Made by a program: the position numbers and the translations under genes. Under the pieces are notes generated by a model. That model was not told where the DNA came from. It worked only from the letters and a program-made list of their open reading frames with translations, and did not search any database. A stretch of 64,000 nucleotides of DNA from Macrostomum lignano (taxonomy: Eukaryota), in NCBI GenBank assembly GCA_002269645.1, contig NIVC01002770.1, positions 62,001-126,000 of the forward strand, read 5' to 3'. Positions 12,370 to 48,144 of the stretch are shown in pieces. Every line of letters starts with the position of its first letter. Positions within the stretch are counted from its first letter, which is position 1.

Positions 12370-13141
12370 CTGCAAACTGACCGATTTGGCTTTGCTATCA
12401 CCGTAAACTACTCTTAATAGCAGAGTTAAACTGTTTAAAGCACGTCTCAGAAACTAAACGTTTTCCTTTTTTGTACTAACAGACAGAAGTTATGCATCGA
12501 AAATAGTTATCATTAATACAATTGAATGTTTTTTATTACTAAATAGAAAACTGGTTTGTATTTAGTGTTCTTTGATGTTCTTCATATATATATATATATA
12601 TATGACTGAATTTGCTTGAATTGGTAGGCAGGCTGGGCGGATCAGTCTCGAACAAAGCCTCTTGCGAGCTATCATCCTCGTTACATTTACCTTTGTACTA
12701 CTCATCTCAAGGCCGTTGCTGACGTGTAAATGCAAACATCCCTACGTACTTTATGGGCTCTACATTCTAAACGCAGGCTATGCTTTTCCACATGAATTCG
12801 AGTAAAAAAGAAGCAATTCTGGCGCTTGCGTCTGATCGTACAAGGTCAAGGATTTCCTGTGCACAGAATAAATAAAGTGAATGTCTAACTAACGTCATAG
12901 TTATCCCTTTGCTAATAAGGTACAACTTTTTGGATTACCGCGGGCAACGCATCAATCAGTACGAAAGCAGAATTAGAGCTATGCTTAAAGCAGAATAAGG
13001 CCGGAAATTAAATACCGAAAGCTGCTTCACTGGGCAGGCAGCGATTTGTCTATCGAATTGGGACGAAATTTAAAACAACTGGAACAGTCGGTTCGAAACG
13101 GCCTGGGAACTGTCTATGCGTCGGCATAGTAACGCACTGAA

Positions 13142-14428
13142 TCAGCCAAACAGCATAAGCATCGACCGCTCGGTGGTTGAGTTTGAGAACTCGGGGTTTG
13201 CCAGCGAACAGACCAATCGAAGACGGTGACCGCGAGGCGGAAGCTGCAACAACTGCACCATGGCAACCGGTGCTAGGTAAAACGGAGTATCGCTCCGATA
13301 GGGAAAGAAGTACCGGGGAAAGTAAGCGAAATATTCTGACAAGTGCCGCACTGCGGGATAGAAGGCCAGCGGCAGACTCGCGCCAGTCAGAGAGTCGGTC
13401 GCTCGGCATCGAACCCTGGGATCGCTTGAGTAATTGCCGCTCATTCGGGAGCCCGGACTCAGCATCAGACACGGCTGTTTATTAAAGTAGCCAAAACCAG
13501 CGTATACGTTGCATGGCCCCAACGGACCGGTTGATGGAATGCACACCTCGCCACCGCGGGGGTACCTGCAGTGGAACGAGGGACAGACTGTAATTGATAC
13601 AAGTGTTGGTGGCAGCGGTGGGAAGAGTCTTTTGAAGACAAGCGATCTCGTTGAATCCTTTGTTAGCCATTGTGAGACTAGAATATGTCAAGAATGCTTC
13701 GATCGATAACTGCTTGCATGCATTTCAAATGCAGACGTGTGGAACAAGCGCACATTTTTAATGCTCGACTCTGGTGCAAGAGCGCATTGTAAATGTACGT
13801 GTCTGGCACAGGCCCGCATCTGAATGCAACTTGAGCTCGGGTTATTTATGGCCTGGATGTTTTATGGGTACTTTGATGATTTAGCCCATCAAGTGAGTGA
13901 AGTTCTGACACTGAGACGTGCACCCAAATTTAGTCTTCAATTAGAAACAACTGATTAGTACCTTTAACTTCAGATGGCTCACCTGCCTAATTTGACGCAG
14001 TCGACTGCCTTAAAGCCGCCCCAGGCCAGCAGGGGGCGCCAGTGAACAGCCGAGGCCGCTCTGGTGAGCTTCTCCGACAGTCGCCCAGCAGCCTCCTCCA
14101 TTGTGGTTGCCGAGGCTTCGAGGCTTCTTGGCTCGAGCCGGATGAAATCCGCCGCGGCCACAGCCGACCCGTCTGACGGGGACGTCAGCAGCAGGGTGAC
14201 CACGGTGACGAACGTGGCCACAAACAGCAGCAGCACGGCGGCGGCGCCGATTGCCTGAGCGCGCAGCTGCCCGTCGCCAGTCGAATCGGCGGCGTCCTCC
14301 TCGGCAGCAGCAGCCGCCGCCGCCACCGTGGCCGCCTCGGCTTCGGCCGACGTCATTCGGTACCGACTGGAACGGACGCGGCCTCGGTTGCTGCTGCTGT
14401 CACTGCACTTCGCTGACTGATGAAGCAT
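13142..14428 (-). CDS. Na+/K+-ATPase beta subunit-like (nervana-like) type II membrane protein, ~289 aa (exons 14428-13983, 13565-13142)
   Basis: One N-terminal TM helix (AIGAAAVLLLFVATFVTVVTLLL). Six extracellular Cys in beta-subunit order (DC..VC, PC..FGY..KQPC, RC..VC). YFFPY and YLAPVAMVQL resemble YYPY and YLQPLLAVQF. In-frame intron 13982-13566. Confidence 0.8.
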
Positions 14429-15372
14429 CTCGTGGTCAAGTTGTCTTACTAGACAGTGAAGTCCTGGCTCGCTCTGATCTCAGCTATCCAAGCGTTTGAG
14501 AGCATCCCCGCAGATTTTTGTGTACTTTTTTGCGCGTCCTTGTTTTCCCCCAAGAGCAGGACTAGGCAAATAAATGTTTGTGCAAGCGCTACTGCGGGAT
14601 GCAGCTGGCCTCCCCACTGCCCGGCGGCGCGTGCAACCAGGTTGAAAAGATTTATGACCGCTGACTGCCCCGCCCGAGAGCCAATGAAGTCTTGCGAGTG
14701 AGACGAGTCCCAGGCTGCTTTGTATAGCGGCACAGGGGGGGGGGTCGAGAGAGGAGACAGTGGGGGGGGGAGAGATGAGAAGGAAACAAGGATGATGCGG
14801 AATGCGATAGGCTATATAGATGAAAAAAATCACGCCTGAATGTAAGAGAGAGCGAACTGGGATCCCGTGACCGCACAGTGGGCGGCTAAGCTCTCTTTCC
14901 ATCTGTCCTTCTCTCTGTCTGGTTCTGAGTGAATTGGATTGGGAGGAGGCGGCTGGCAGGCTCAGAAAGGACAGAGATGCACACAGAGAGAAGTAGAGAT
15001 AGCGAGCAGGTGATTGGAGGGCCTGCAAGGGGTGTGTAAAACCACTCTGATTGATGAGGCGCCATGTAGCAACTCAAAGCTCAATAGCTGGAGACCCTCT
15101 GTGCAGCGTATTTTTTCAATTTTAGCAGTGCCGGATGAGCGCTGTCGTAAAAAGTCTGACGTTGCCAGCTGCAGTGTTTGATGATGTCTTTAGATACATT
15201 GCCTTGACCACACCAGTGCAATAGACTTTAAGAGAGGCTGATAATTATTTCAGAACTGGTTCAGTCCTCTGCATTCAATTGAATTTGGTAACATTACAGT
15301 GGACTCATGTTAGAAGTTGAAAGGGGTAAGGGATAGAAGAGATCTCGGTGATTAAAGGCTACATGAAGGGAA

Positions 15373-15727
15373 TGCAGAGATTCCAGGGATTGCAGGGATT
15401 GCAGGGATCGCAGGTATCGCAGGGATTGCAGAGATTGCAGGGATTGCAGGGATCGCAGGGACTGTGGGGACTGCAGGGATTGCAGGGATCGCAGGTATCG
15501 TAGGGACTGCAGGGATTGCAGGGATTGTAGGGACTGCAGGGGTTTCAGTTACTGCAGAGACTGCAAGGATCGCAGGGACTGTGGGGACTGCAGGGATTGC
15601 AGGGATCGCAGGTATCACAGATATTGCAGGGATCGCAGGGATCGCAGGGATTGCATGGATTGCAGGGATCACAGGAATTTCAGGAATTGCAGGGATTGCA
15701 GGGATTGCAGGGATTGCAGGGATTGCA
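15373..15727. repeat. 9-bp minisatellite (GCAGGGATT/C)n between the divergent beta-like and SGSM genes
   Basis: About 39 directly visible degenerate units. Confidence 0.95.
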
Positions 15728-16429
15728 AAGGTTGCCGGGAGTTTCTGGGAGTAAAGCTGCTACAGCAAAATTCAGCCCCGAACTGAACTGCTTAGAGTAG
15801 GCTGAATGGAGTACTTTCTTGCATTGCCTAATGAGATAATAAAGATACCCAAGGCTTAGCACGGTGAAGTAATTCCGTAGCAAATACAGCAGATAGATGC
15901 ATCGCACGACATTCACTAATTGCGAGAGTGGCCCAGCCCCAGCTATAGACTGTAATTAGCAAGAGGAAATCAAATTTGGGTCAGTGCTAGCTAAGCAGCA
16001 GCTTGTACTTGTAGCTCCCAAAATTTGTTTCTATAAAGCTGCGATAAATGGGGCATTTAATTTGAATCCGAATATTTCCCTTATCTGCGAATAATTCCTC
16101 CCATCCACTTTTTAAAGTAGCAAAGCAGATAAGCTTTCCCCAGAGTCTCAGCCAGCCCTTGAGCAGTCCCGGCTGTACACAATCGGTTTGAGCAGTGTAA
16201 AAAGTACATCGCCATTCTCAAAGCCCCCCTACCCGCCTCCGCGTCCCATTTTCTACCAGCCGGCCCCTCCTCAAATTCTCCCCAGCTCCCCACCCCCAAA
16301 CCCCCCAATATAAAATCCATCCCTCTCTGATAGATGGCATTGGGGAGTAGGGATTGCAGGGGGTAAGAGGCAGGCAGACAGGAAGAACGTTCGGCCTCTC
16401 GCTCTGCTCCCCCTTTTCTGCTCCCTCCT

Positions 16430-16515
16430 GGAGCCCCACGAGGGCGGGAGATATCCGGGAGCCCCACGAGGGCGGGGAGAGATTGGCGAGAGGCGAGCCA
16501 AAATTGGATTGCTGC
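16430..16515 (+). promoter_or_regulatory. GC-box/CCAAT cluster upstream of SGSM
   Basis: Direct repeat GGAGCCCCACGAGGGCGGG x2 (each with GGGCGG) followed by ATTGG motifs, ~300 nt upstream of the ATG. Confidence 0.3.
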
Positions 16516-16812
16516 AAAGCAGAGGGACGGATGGAGGGCAGCAGGAGACCCTGGCAGAGACAGGAGCCGAGAGTACAACAGCGGCAACGAATTCCCTCGG
16601 CCTTGGCTATTCTGAGTACACCCGACTCAAGCCCACAGCCTTCCCCGCCCAGCGCTGTCGAGGCTGGGGGGATAAATTTTGGGGACGCGAGCTGCTGGTT
16701 GGCCACGAGCTTTCCAAGAAACGTGGACTGCTAGCACGCGGGCGACGACACTTCGCTAACAGCAGCCCCGCAACAGAAACAGCCGACGGACTCAGCCAGT
16801 GTTGAGCACGAA

Positions 16813-37955
<21,143 letters not shown>

Positions 37956-38662
37956 GCACAGGAGACAAATTTGCTGTAAAAAACCATAAACGGATAATAA
38001 ATAATGCCAGTTTAGATAAATTTGGTGTGGCATATGTTTCTTCGATATCTAGCTATGATTATATTATTTTCTGTTGTTCTCAACGTTGTGCCACTTTGAG
38101 CACTACTTACAGTTTTCTCGAATTGATAGTTTATAAAATACGTTTTATTTTCGACTCGTTCATTCATCAGCCCCTGTTGCGAATTTCTCTATGTTGATTC
38201 ACGACTATTTCTGCCAGTATTTTTATTTTTATTTTCATTATAAATCTACTTATTAACATGTCAGTATGGGATTTAGATTGCACCTGATTGCAATCCCGAT
38301 ACGATTCAAATTAGAAACTTTACCAGAAAAATTATAAAAGCTTTCATTTTCCATAGCTGAGCCTGAATCGATGTACTTTTATCCTATTAACGGCATTACT
38401 GACGATATGTTGTGCGGGCCAATTTTAAAACAATACCTGTAGTCCTGTTGTCCTTTCTCTGACCTCATCAGATTGCTGCCATGCAATCCCAGTTACCTGC
38501 ATGTTGTTCCTTCCTGTGTCTCTCCTGGCATTTAGCTGTTATGCGATTGTGTCCTTTTCTGATATTCTTGTCCGCCAGTTACCACCATATTAAACCGTGT
38601 GTGATCTACTTCATTTCATGACGCTTTCTTCATTGTCTGCGTTTTTAGACGTAGAAGTAGAT

Positions 38663-39631
<969 letters not shown>

Positions 39632-40208
39632 TTATGTACTTATTTCCTACTGTTAGTAGCCATGCACGGTCTGTTAAAGTACACGAACTGAATATTTATG
39701 GCCAGACTGCGAATCAGACTGAACTTATCGTCGGAGGAATGTAGATCGATTAGCCGTCGTTATTCGTCTTCAAATTAGCTGATAAAAGTTTTACAAATTT
39801 TAAGCTACATTGACACAATTAAGGAGTGAGTCAATCCAGTTATTGGTGCTCAAATTACCAGACCACTTCCAGTTGCAAGTAGACGAGAACTTTTTTCACT
39901 TTAGTTAGGCTTGGCTTTTTCAGCATCAAATTTCACTCAGTCCAGGGGAGGCGGGCCTGAGTAATTCTCCTGGGGCGTCTGGCTACTCCAGTTTTCCGCG
40001 ATAAAATTGAGTCCTGGCATTTGGTTTCTGCAACACTGACTTGCCTCGTGGACAGCTGCAGCGGACGGTTGCTTTCATCGCAAATGGTGTGATTGTTGCT
40101 GCAAAACGCATTGAGTTTTTTAACACTTCCAAATACCGAATGAAGCAATTACGAGCGTATAGTGTATATCTTCAAAAAGAATTCATGGTTGCCAAGCGAT
40201 TTATTTTA

Positions 40209-40467
<259 letters not shown>

Positions 40468-41899
40468 TATAGGGGAAGTAGGGCCGAAGAACTTTGTGGG
40501 GGCGGAGCGGCCCTTTTTTGAGCCATAGACATATTACCGTAACGAATGATACTACAATTGTATCTAAGCAGAGGTTGCTTGCAAAAGGTTGCGATGTAGC
40601 AATTCAAATTTGTACTAACGGAATTCACCGTCAGGTCTGAATGTTGATTCTGGGAACAAGATTCATCTGCTGTTAAAACCCACAGACCTCAACTGAACTT
40701 GGACTTTTTTTTCTATCGTAAAAATACAACCCGGAATCTACAATCGCAGGGATTTTATGCGCCTTTAGTGCATTCTTCCAGACAGATTTACGTGCTAACA
40801 AGTTTGTTCATGGTAAAATCCCCTCCTCCCATAAAGTTCCGCATTTTACTTCAATTATTTTCAGAGTTTTCACATCGAACTCAGACAATATTTTGCTTAC
40901 TTGCTCCTTTAGCAAATCAGAAATGCAGAAGTTGAGATAGCTACTGTTGATTTAGTGCGAGAAAGAAAGGGTCAATAGGTGCAGGCAGGTGCTCGTGTCA
41001 GCGCCTAATTTTTCCACCAATTTTTTTCCTGGACTAATTAATAGCTACTTGAACAGTGCCCATGTGGTACCTGAAAAACTACGACTGTAGAGTCTATTTT
41101 CAACTTCTACTGAAGAAAATTTCTCAAAGCAATTTTTTTGATGACGAGAAACGATGCGACGCTTGTTTTTTGTAAAAGTGGATGTTTTCCACTAGGAAAT
41201 AGGAGCATTAGACACGTTAATACTTGTGTCTGACTCTCGCAGCACATTCTCGCGTCTGGCTTCTGCTTAAAACTGGCCAGTGCCCACATCCCCATGCAAA
41301 CTGGCCCCAAGGCTCAGTCCTATGTCCTCTTCTCAACAGCTAGTACCGTCTAAGCCGTGTCTTAGAGGTCCTTTGATGCAGCTTTGTAGGGAGTTGTTTC
41401 TGGTTCCCTTGAGACTGGACGGCGAGGCCCTTCTTCAACAAGGGAGCACGAGCTGACCTGATGGACCGTAGGAGTGTGTGACGGCGGCAGCGCCTTTGAT
41501 GTTGGCTCTTTCAAAAAAGATTCGAGTCGAGGGGGAGGGCACAAAGAACAAACTGCCAGATGCCGAGAACCGCTGCTCACGCTTGTCTGCACTTGCGGTT
41601 TTGCTCATCAAAACAATCAGAGCTAGCTGGAATTGGATTTTAAGCAGCCGAGGCTAAGCTGGGAGCAGACTCGCTATAGTTAGGCCGGTAGGTCAGGCCG
41701 GAGTTTGGAGCCTTAAGCCTCAACCTGGCCTTGCCTTCGCTGTCCACTCCCCTCTCAAGTTGGTCTTGCAGCCCAGCCCAGTTTTCTGTGCCCTGCGCCG
41801 CGGCGGTTTGTGATTGGCTGGCCCACGGGGGTGGGGGTCGTGGCTGTCCGCTGCCTGCCCTCCCGGTTTTTCCATCGCCCCCCCCCCTCTTTTAGCGAC

Positions 41900-42165
41900 G
41901 TCGTCCCCCACAGCCAGCGCTGACGGCAATGCTGCCCATTCCGCTGGCTCCTGAGCACATGCAAGCGCGCCAATACTGTACTCAGGCACGCACTCATGCA
42001 TGCGCTCACACATGGCGTTACGGCGGTCCTTTGATGTTCTAATCGTAAGGCATGTACACTCTCTGCGCCTTTGTGGCTGTGAATCGCACGACAACCCCCC
42101 CCGCCGCCAATTTTCGTGCACACAAGCCCCAAATGAATGTCTGTTTGCGTACGGAATCGAACCAG
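41900..42165 (-). mobile_element. SINE-like family 2, copy B, with intact B box
   Basis: Reverse-complement match to the family core; GGTTCGATTCC on the minus strand at 42163-42153, upstream of the core. Confidence 0.8.
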
Positions 42166-42726
42166 AGTAAAACGTGATAAATCAGTTGAATACGTAGCTG
42201 TGGTGGCCAGTGGATCGCGGGCTGTTATACACTTTTTTGGCGACCAAATTTCTACATACAAATAGTCTGAGTCGTCTTTCTACCACAGTTAAAAGAAGCG
42301 CCTCAGAGGCGCCTCACAATCGAAGCCATACTACAGTAGTAAAAAACCGGCTTCGCCAAAAAGCGGAAACATTCTGCATTCGAATACTTTTTGTTCTGTT
42401 ACAGTTTAACTTTGGTTACTTTATTGAGCCTGCTTGAAAAACTAAGGCTGAGGGACTTTGAGGCTGATCTGAAAACACCATTGACTGCATTGACTGTTCA
42501 ATCTCCTAGCCATTTAACGGAAGTAAGAGAAATATAGAGGTGGGTAGAAGGTTTTTTAATATGTTTTGTCCCATGCATCATCACATAAAACCCAATTCTG
42601 ACAATAGCTCTCGCACCCAGAGCGAACAAGTACGAACCGTAAACTGTCTCTGACAAAATCTGTTCTGCACTGCTCAGAGAGTCTGCGGGACAATGTTTCT
42701 TCATCGCATCTCCTTCGTTTGCCTTA

Positions 42727-43265
<539 letters not shown>

Positions 43266-43667
43266 CCTTTCGCAAACGTCACTAAATGATTTTGATTTTA
43301 AATACCTTCTTACGAGTCTCCATGCACGCCATTCCAGTCCCTAAGAGCATTAAACTTCTTGTAGCGTAAAACGAGAAAATGCCTCCCTAGGGAATTCGCG
43401 CACAGGGCTTTGATGGATATGATAGAAAAGTTGCGAGCTTTGAGTGCGGCTCATCCTTTTTCGAGACATTTTCCAGGAAGAGAATAAAATTTCATGGCAA
43501 TTATGCAACAAATTATGCCATTAGTTTCGACCGATAAATAGCTCGTACCTTAGGAAATGTTTATATCTGATCCCTGATGTAAGAGATAAGCCCTACTCAA
43601 TAGCAAAAAAAATAGTGAAGCGAATCGCTTATAGTTTATGAAATAAGTGTGCATGCTCGAATAGTTT

Positions 43668-44135
43668 AATAGAACTCTAACAGAACTCTAATAGAACTCT
43701 AACAGAACTCTAATAGAACTCTAATAGAACTGTAATAGAACTCTAATAGAACTCTAATAGAACTGTAATAGAACTGTAATAGAACTCTGATAGAACTCTA
43801 ATATAACTCTAATAGAACTCTGATAGAACATTAATAGAACTCTAATAGAACTCTAATAGAACTCTAATAGAACTCTAATAGAACTTTAATATAACTCTAA
43901 TAGAACTCTAATAGAACTCTAATATAACTCTAATAGAACTCTAATAGAACTGTAATAGAACTCTAATAGAACTCTGATAGAAATCTAATAGAACTCTAAT
44001 AGAACTCTAATAGAACTTTAATATAACTCTAATAGAACTTTAATAGAACTCTAATATAACTCTAATAGAACTCTGATAGAACTCTAATAGAACTCTAATA
44101 GAACTCTAATAGAACTCTAATAGAACTTTAATAGT
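43668..44135. repeat. 11-bp minisatellite (AATAGAACTCT)n
   Basis: About 42 units. Confidence 0.97.
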
Positions 44136-44409
44136 ACTTCGACCGCGTGTCCACAGGCGAGGTCCTGGCTCAGCGCGGTTTTATAAGCCCGGCTGACAAA
44201 GAGGCAGGCGGGTGTTAGGTAGTTAGAAATTTAACTCTATGTACTCAAAGATTCTTATAAAGCCGATTTAAATTCAGTATTGCAATTCTCAGCTGTTGGT
44301 TAAACATTCTGAAAGTTTACAGCAGCTCAATGTATCGTAGTGTATCACGAAATTTTGTTTTATAATTTAGCCAATGTACTTCTCTGAAAAGCTTTTTCAC
44401 AGATAAGCT

Positions 44410-44675
44410 CAGGTACATAATGAGGTAGAATTCGGTAGATAATGAGTGAGAGCCTTCGGTATATAATGAGGTAGAGCATTAAGTAGATAATGAGGTAGAG
44501 CATTCAGAATATAATGAGGTAGAGCATTAGGTAGATAATGAGGTAGACCATTAGGTAGATAATGAGGTAGAGCATTAGGTAGATAATGAGGTAGAGCATT
44601 CGGTAGATAATGAGGTAGAGCATTAGGTAGACAATGAGGTAGAGCATTCGGTAGATAATGAGGTTGAGCATTAAA
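44410..44675. repeat. 24-bp minisatellite (GATAATGAGGTAGAGCATTAGGTA)n
   Basis: About 11 units. Confidence 0.93.
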
Positions 44676-45624
44676 TATAACGTTTGGTAGAGAATTCCCA
44701 AAAGTCGAAGGGCATCAGACGATGCAGCCAATTTGCTGGAACAGACGCAATTATCCATAGAAGCTCGTGCAAGAACCAGTTGTTTAGTGCCGTCGGCGAG
44801 AAACTTGTAATAAATAATGGAGTTTTTTCACTTTACTCGGGTTCGGGTTCAATTTCACTCTCTAAGTGTCTCTTGTAATCTCGCTCGGACCTGGAGCTGA
44901 GTTCCCATGGGAACCAGCACTCTAACAGGGTTACTTCCTGCAGCAAGCCAAGAGAGCATGATATGGCTATGTTAAGATTAAATTGGCAATTTGGCGGGTA
45001 AGAAGCGATGGCAATCATGTTTTGTCGTTTTGATCCGCAGTATTGACTTTTCTGGACCAATTATCGTGCACAGGTTTAGCCCAGGCATTGTCTGCATGAG
45101 TTGTGCCAGCCTTGCTAGCCACAGCTAACAGAGGGTCGCTGCACGCGCTATCACAATCCAAGAAATGAAAACTCGAACGTTGGGAGATGCAATTTCGCTG
45201 CTTCGTGACTTGGGGGCGGAGAAGGCTGCTTTGAGTCCTTGAGTCACACACAACGGTCGATTGTGCGAAATCAGAGAAAAACAAAATGCAAAAACGGGCT
45301 AAATTGGATTCTTTAGCGACTAGTGAGCTTTCAGCCTGGTTTAATTATCTGACAGACAGTCGAGTTCCTACGGTAGAAGAATGGCTCAGTTTTTGCAGCC
45401 GATTGACTCTCTTTTTCATCACTGGTCAAGAGGACTTCCAAAGCTTCCCGCATGGGGCTCTGAGAAAGACTCAGGGACTTCAAGCTAAAGGAGATGAAAT
45501 TACAGATATTCACTAATCTGCCAATATGTTTAGAAGTTAACCTCATTCTGGCTGTTGATAGTAGCCAGCCGCCAACAGAGCGGGTGAGCACCTCAGCGGT
45601 AAACGCGTCCAACTCTCGCAGGGC

Positions 45625-45900
45625 TTTTACACGAAAATTGGCCTGGGGTTGTCGTGCGATTCACACCCACAATGGCCAACCCCCAAGGCGCAGAGAGTGT
45701 ACATGCCTGACGATTTGGACGTCAGGGCCGCTGTACACCCTGTGTGAGCGTGTGCATGAGTGCGTGCCTGCGTACAGCATTGGCGCGCTTGCATGCGCTC
45801 AGGAGTCAGCGGGATGGGCAGAATTGCCGTCAGCGCTGGCTGTTGGACGGGTGTCGCCGAAGGACGATGCGCCAGGGTGCTCCACAGCCCTCCAACGAAT
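45625..45900 (+). mobile_element. SINE-like family 2, copy C
   Basis: Family core match, located ~270 nt upstream of the GPCR ORF. Confidence 0.8.
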
Positions 45901-46171
45901 GTTTTTTTTATAAAATTGATTAAAAATATGTTGAAAAGAGAGAAGACCGACCGATTGGCGGGTGTTTACAAGAAGACAGTGTGAATGGAATACATACCGC
46001 AGATGCCGTCCTAAACCTACCATTGGCTGATCAGATGGCGACAAGTAGGAATGCGCCAAGATGGGAGCGGCTTGAAAAATCCACTGGGAAGGAATATTTA
46101 TCACGTCAGCTGCCCCAGCTAGTTTACAGCTCGGCAATTCTCCGCTCCACTCCATACGGCAAGCACGGAAA

Positions 46172-47467
46172 ATGTCTGCCAGCTCAGTCGGAAACGCCTC
46201 GAATTCAAGCGCAAGTGCCGATCCTCATCAAGTTAGTCTTTTCCTGTTGCTGGAGAAGCTCATGCACTTTCTGCTATTCATGGACACGCCTATTCTAGTA
46301 GCTGGACTAGCCGCCAATCTTGTCAGCTGCCTGGTATTCTCTCAGAGAGTAATCTGGAGGCACTACCTGGCAGCTTACCTGAGATTCTTGTCGCTGAACG
46401 ACCTGCTGCTACTGCTCAGCTACCTGCTGGTGAGGAACTCCGACCTGCACATTCACAGCCCGGTTGGCTGCTTCGCTTCAATATTCGCTTACAGCGTGTT
46501 CGCCTTCCTGAGTCCCTGGCTGCTGGTGTGCATCACCCTGGATCGGGTGCTCTGCGTCTCTGGACACGGAGTCGCCGGCGGCGACAGCTCCAGCAGCGGT
46601 GGTGGTGAAGGTGACGGCAGCCGTTTCGGAGGCTGCGCCCGCTCTCGACACCTCCTTGGCTGCCTGGTGCTGCTCTCCATTCTGCTCAACACCCACGTGT
46701 TCTACACGAACGTGTACGAGCCCGACCCCAACTACAACGGCACCCTGATGAACTGCAATCCGAGGCCCGGAGCCGAAGCTCTAGCCGTGCTGGACAGCCT
46801 CGGCTCCTCGGTGATACCCGGCTTGCTGCTCATCGGTCTCAACGCCTTCATCTGCATCAGGGTGCGCCGCACCTACACCAGCCTGGCCCGAGCAGAAACC
46901 GCCGCAGCAACCTCGGCGTTCAACAGAGCAGCCGCGAACACTGACGAGCGACAGCTTGACGAAGCTGCTGCTTTCGGCTGCTCCTATCAGATGGTCGCCG
47001 TAGCGCCTGACCACGACGCCATCGAGACGCAATGCAGTCGTCATAGCAACGAGCAGCAGCAGCAGGCGCCGTTGACGTCCACCTTGAGCGGCCGACTGCA
47101 GAGTCAGGTGACCAGCATGCTGCTGGGTTTCTCGCTGGCCTACGTGCTGCTGAATCTGCCCAACTATCTGGTGCTGATCTGCGGCTACACTGCCTCCATC
47201 ACCACCTCGGTGGGGTCGTTGATATTTAACCTGTTCCGCCGGCTGTCCCAGACTCTGTACCTGGTCCACTTCGCCACGAACAGCCTGATTTACGCGTGCG
47301 CCAACCGGCAGTACCGGATCGCCTTCGTTCGGCTGTGGCATCGCAGCTTCGGCCGCCTCGCTGAGAGCATCCGGCGCCGTTGCCGACGAGGGCAGCAGTG
47401 CCGCTGCACCAGCTGCGACTGTCGCCGGAGCCCCTACGCGGTCGAGGACGCCTCCTTTACCTTCTGA
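46172..47467 (+). CDS. Intronless class A (rhodopsin-like) GPCR, probable peptide/orphan receptor (431 aa)
   Basis: Seven hydrophobic segments: TM1 GLAANL, TM2 LSLNDLL, TM3 ITLDRVLCV (DRY-like), TM6 LLNLPNYL, TM7 FATNSLIY followed by helix-8-like NRQYRIAF. Confidence 0.9.
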   Translation: MSASSVGNASNSSASADPHQVSLFLLLEKLMHFLLFMDTPILVAGLAANLVSCLVFSQRVIWRHYLAAYLRFLSLNDLLLLLSYLLVRNSDLHIHSPVGCFASIFAYSVFAFLSPWLLVCITLDRVLCVSGHGVAGGDSSSSGGGEGDGSRFGGCARSRHLLGCLVLLSILLNTHVFYTNVYEPDPNYNGTLMNCNPRPGAEALAVLDSLGSSVIPGLLLIGLNAFICIRVRRTYTSLARAETAAATSAFNRAAANTDERQLDEAAAFGCSYQMVAVAPDHDAIETQCSRHSNEQQQQAPLTSTLSGRLQSQVTSMLLGFSLAYVLLNLPNYLVLICGYTASITTSVGSLIFNLFRRLSQTLYLVHFATNSLIYACANRQYRIAFVRLWHRSFGRLAESIRRRCRRGQQCRCTSCDCRRSPYAVEDASFTF

Positions 47468-47970
47468 GCATCGGGGAACTTGTGTTAAAACTTGTGGACT
47501 GATAGCTCGACAAATGAGTTTAACAATTGTTGTAATCTCCCATTGCTTTAGCAACCACGTCTTGTCGATGCTGGCTTATTGATGCATTATGGGCTACGAT
47601 CCAAGCTTCTGGTGAGCCTAGTTAACCAAAGGGTTCATTCCTTTATTGTGTTTTTGCTATTGTTCTCTGTTTTTCTGTACCCCACAAGCCTAAATTTCAC
47701 CTTCATTTGTACCACTATTTGTAAAAATAATGCAAGTTTTAGAGATTATGCTGGTTTTAGGCTTAATTTAGGATTATCTTTAGCCACTGCAGAAGTGCTG
47801 AAGTCTAATGACACTAGCAAATTACAACGAGCTAACTTAGCTCATTCAGTCGTTCAGTTTTCGATGTTATCAAAGCTTCAAAATAGTCCTCGGTAGTTAG
47901 AACTAGGTAGGTAATTTGTGTTGTACGTCCGTACTTTGATGGGTTTTTAATGAGTTCACGAAATCAATGA

Positions 47971-48144
47971 GGTTGTAGCGTAGCCTAGTGGTTAGAGCGC
48001 CAGACTCACGACTGAAAGGTCGGGGGTTCGATTCTCGACTCACTCAGAACAAATTGTGTCCTTGAGCAAGACACTTAACTCTGCATTGCTTCAGTTCACC
48101 CAGCTGTAAAATGGGTGCCAGCATTAGCTGGGGATAATTGATGG
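47971..48144 (+). mobile_element. tRNA-derived CORE-type SINE (family 1), 3'-truncated
   Basis: A box TAGCCTAGTGG, CAC anticodon-like loop, B box GGTTCGATTC, then TGTGTCCTTGAGCAAGACACTTAAC...CAGCTGTAAAATGGG, resembling the MIR/CORE domain. A second copy lies at 59458-59771. Confidence 0.85.

Noticed and set aside
15373-15800. Collagen-like Gly-X-Y reading (QGL/QGS) of the 9-bp repeat
   Set aside because: The frame is interrupted, with no signal peptide, splice structure or Pro enrichment. It follows from the 9-bp period.
47971-48045. tRNA-Val(CAC) gene
   Set aside because: The acceptor stem does not close, and the sequence continues into a CORE domain shared with a second copy. It is a SINE head.
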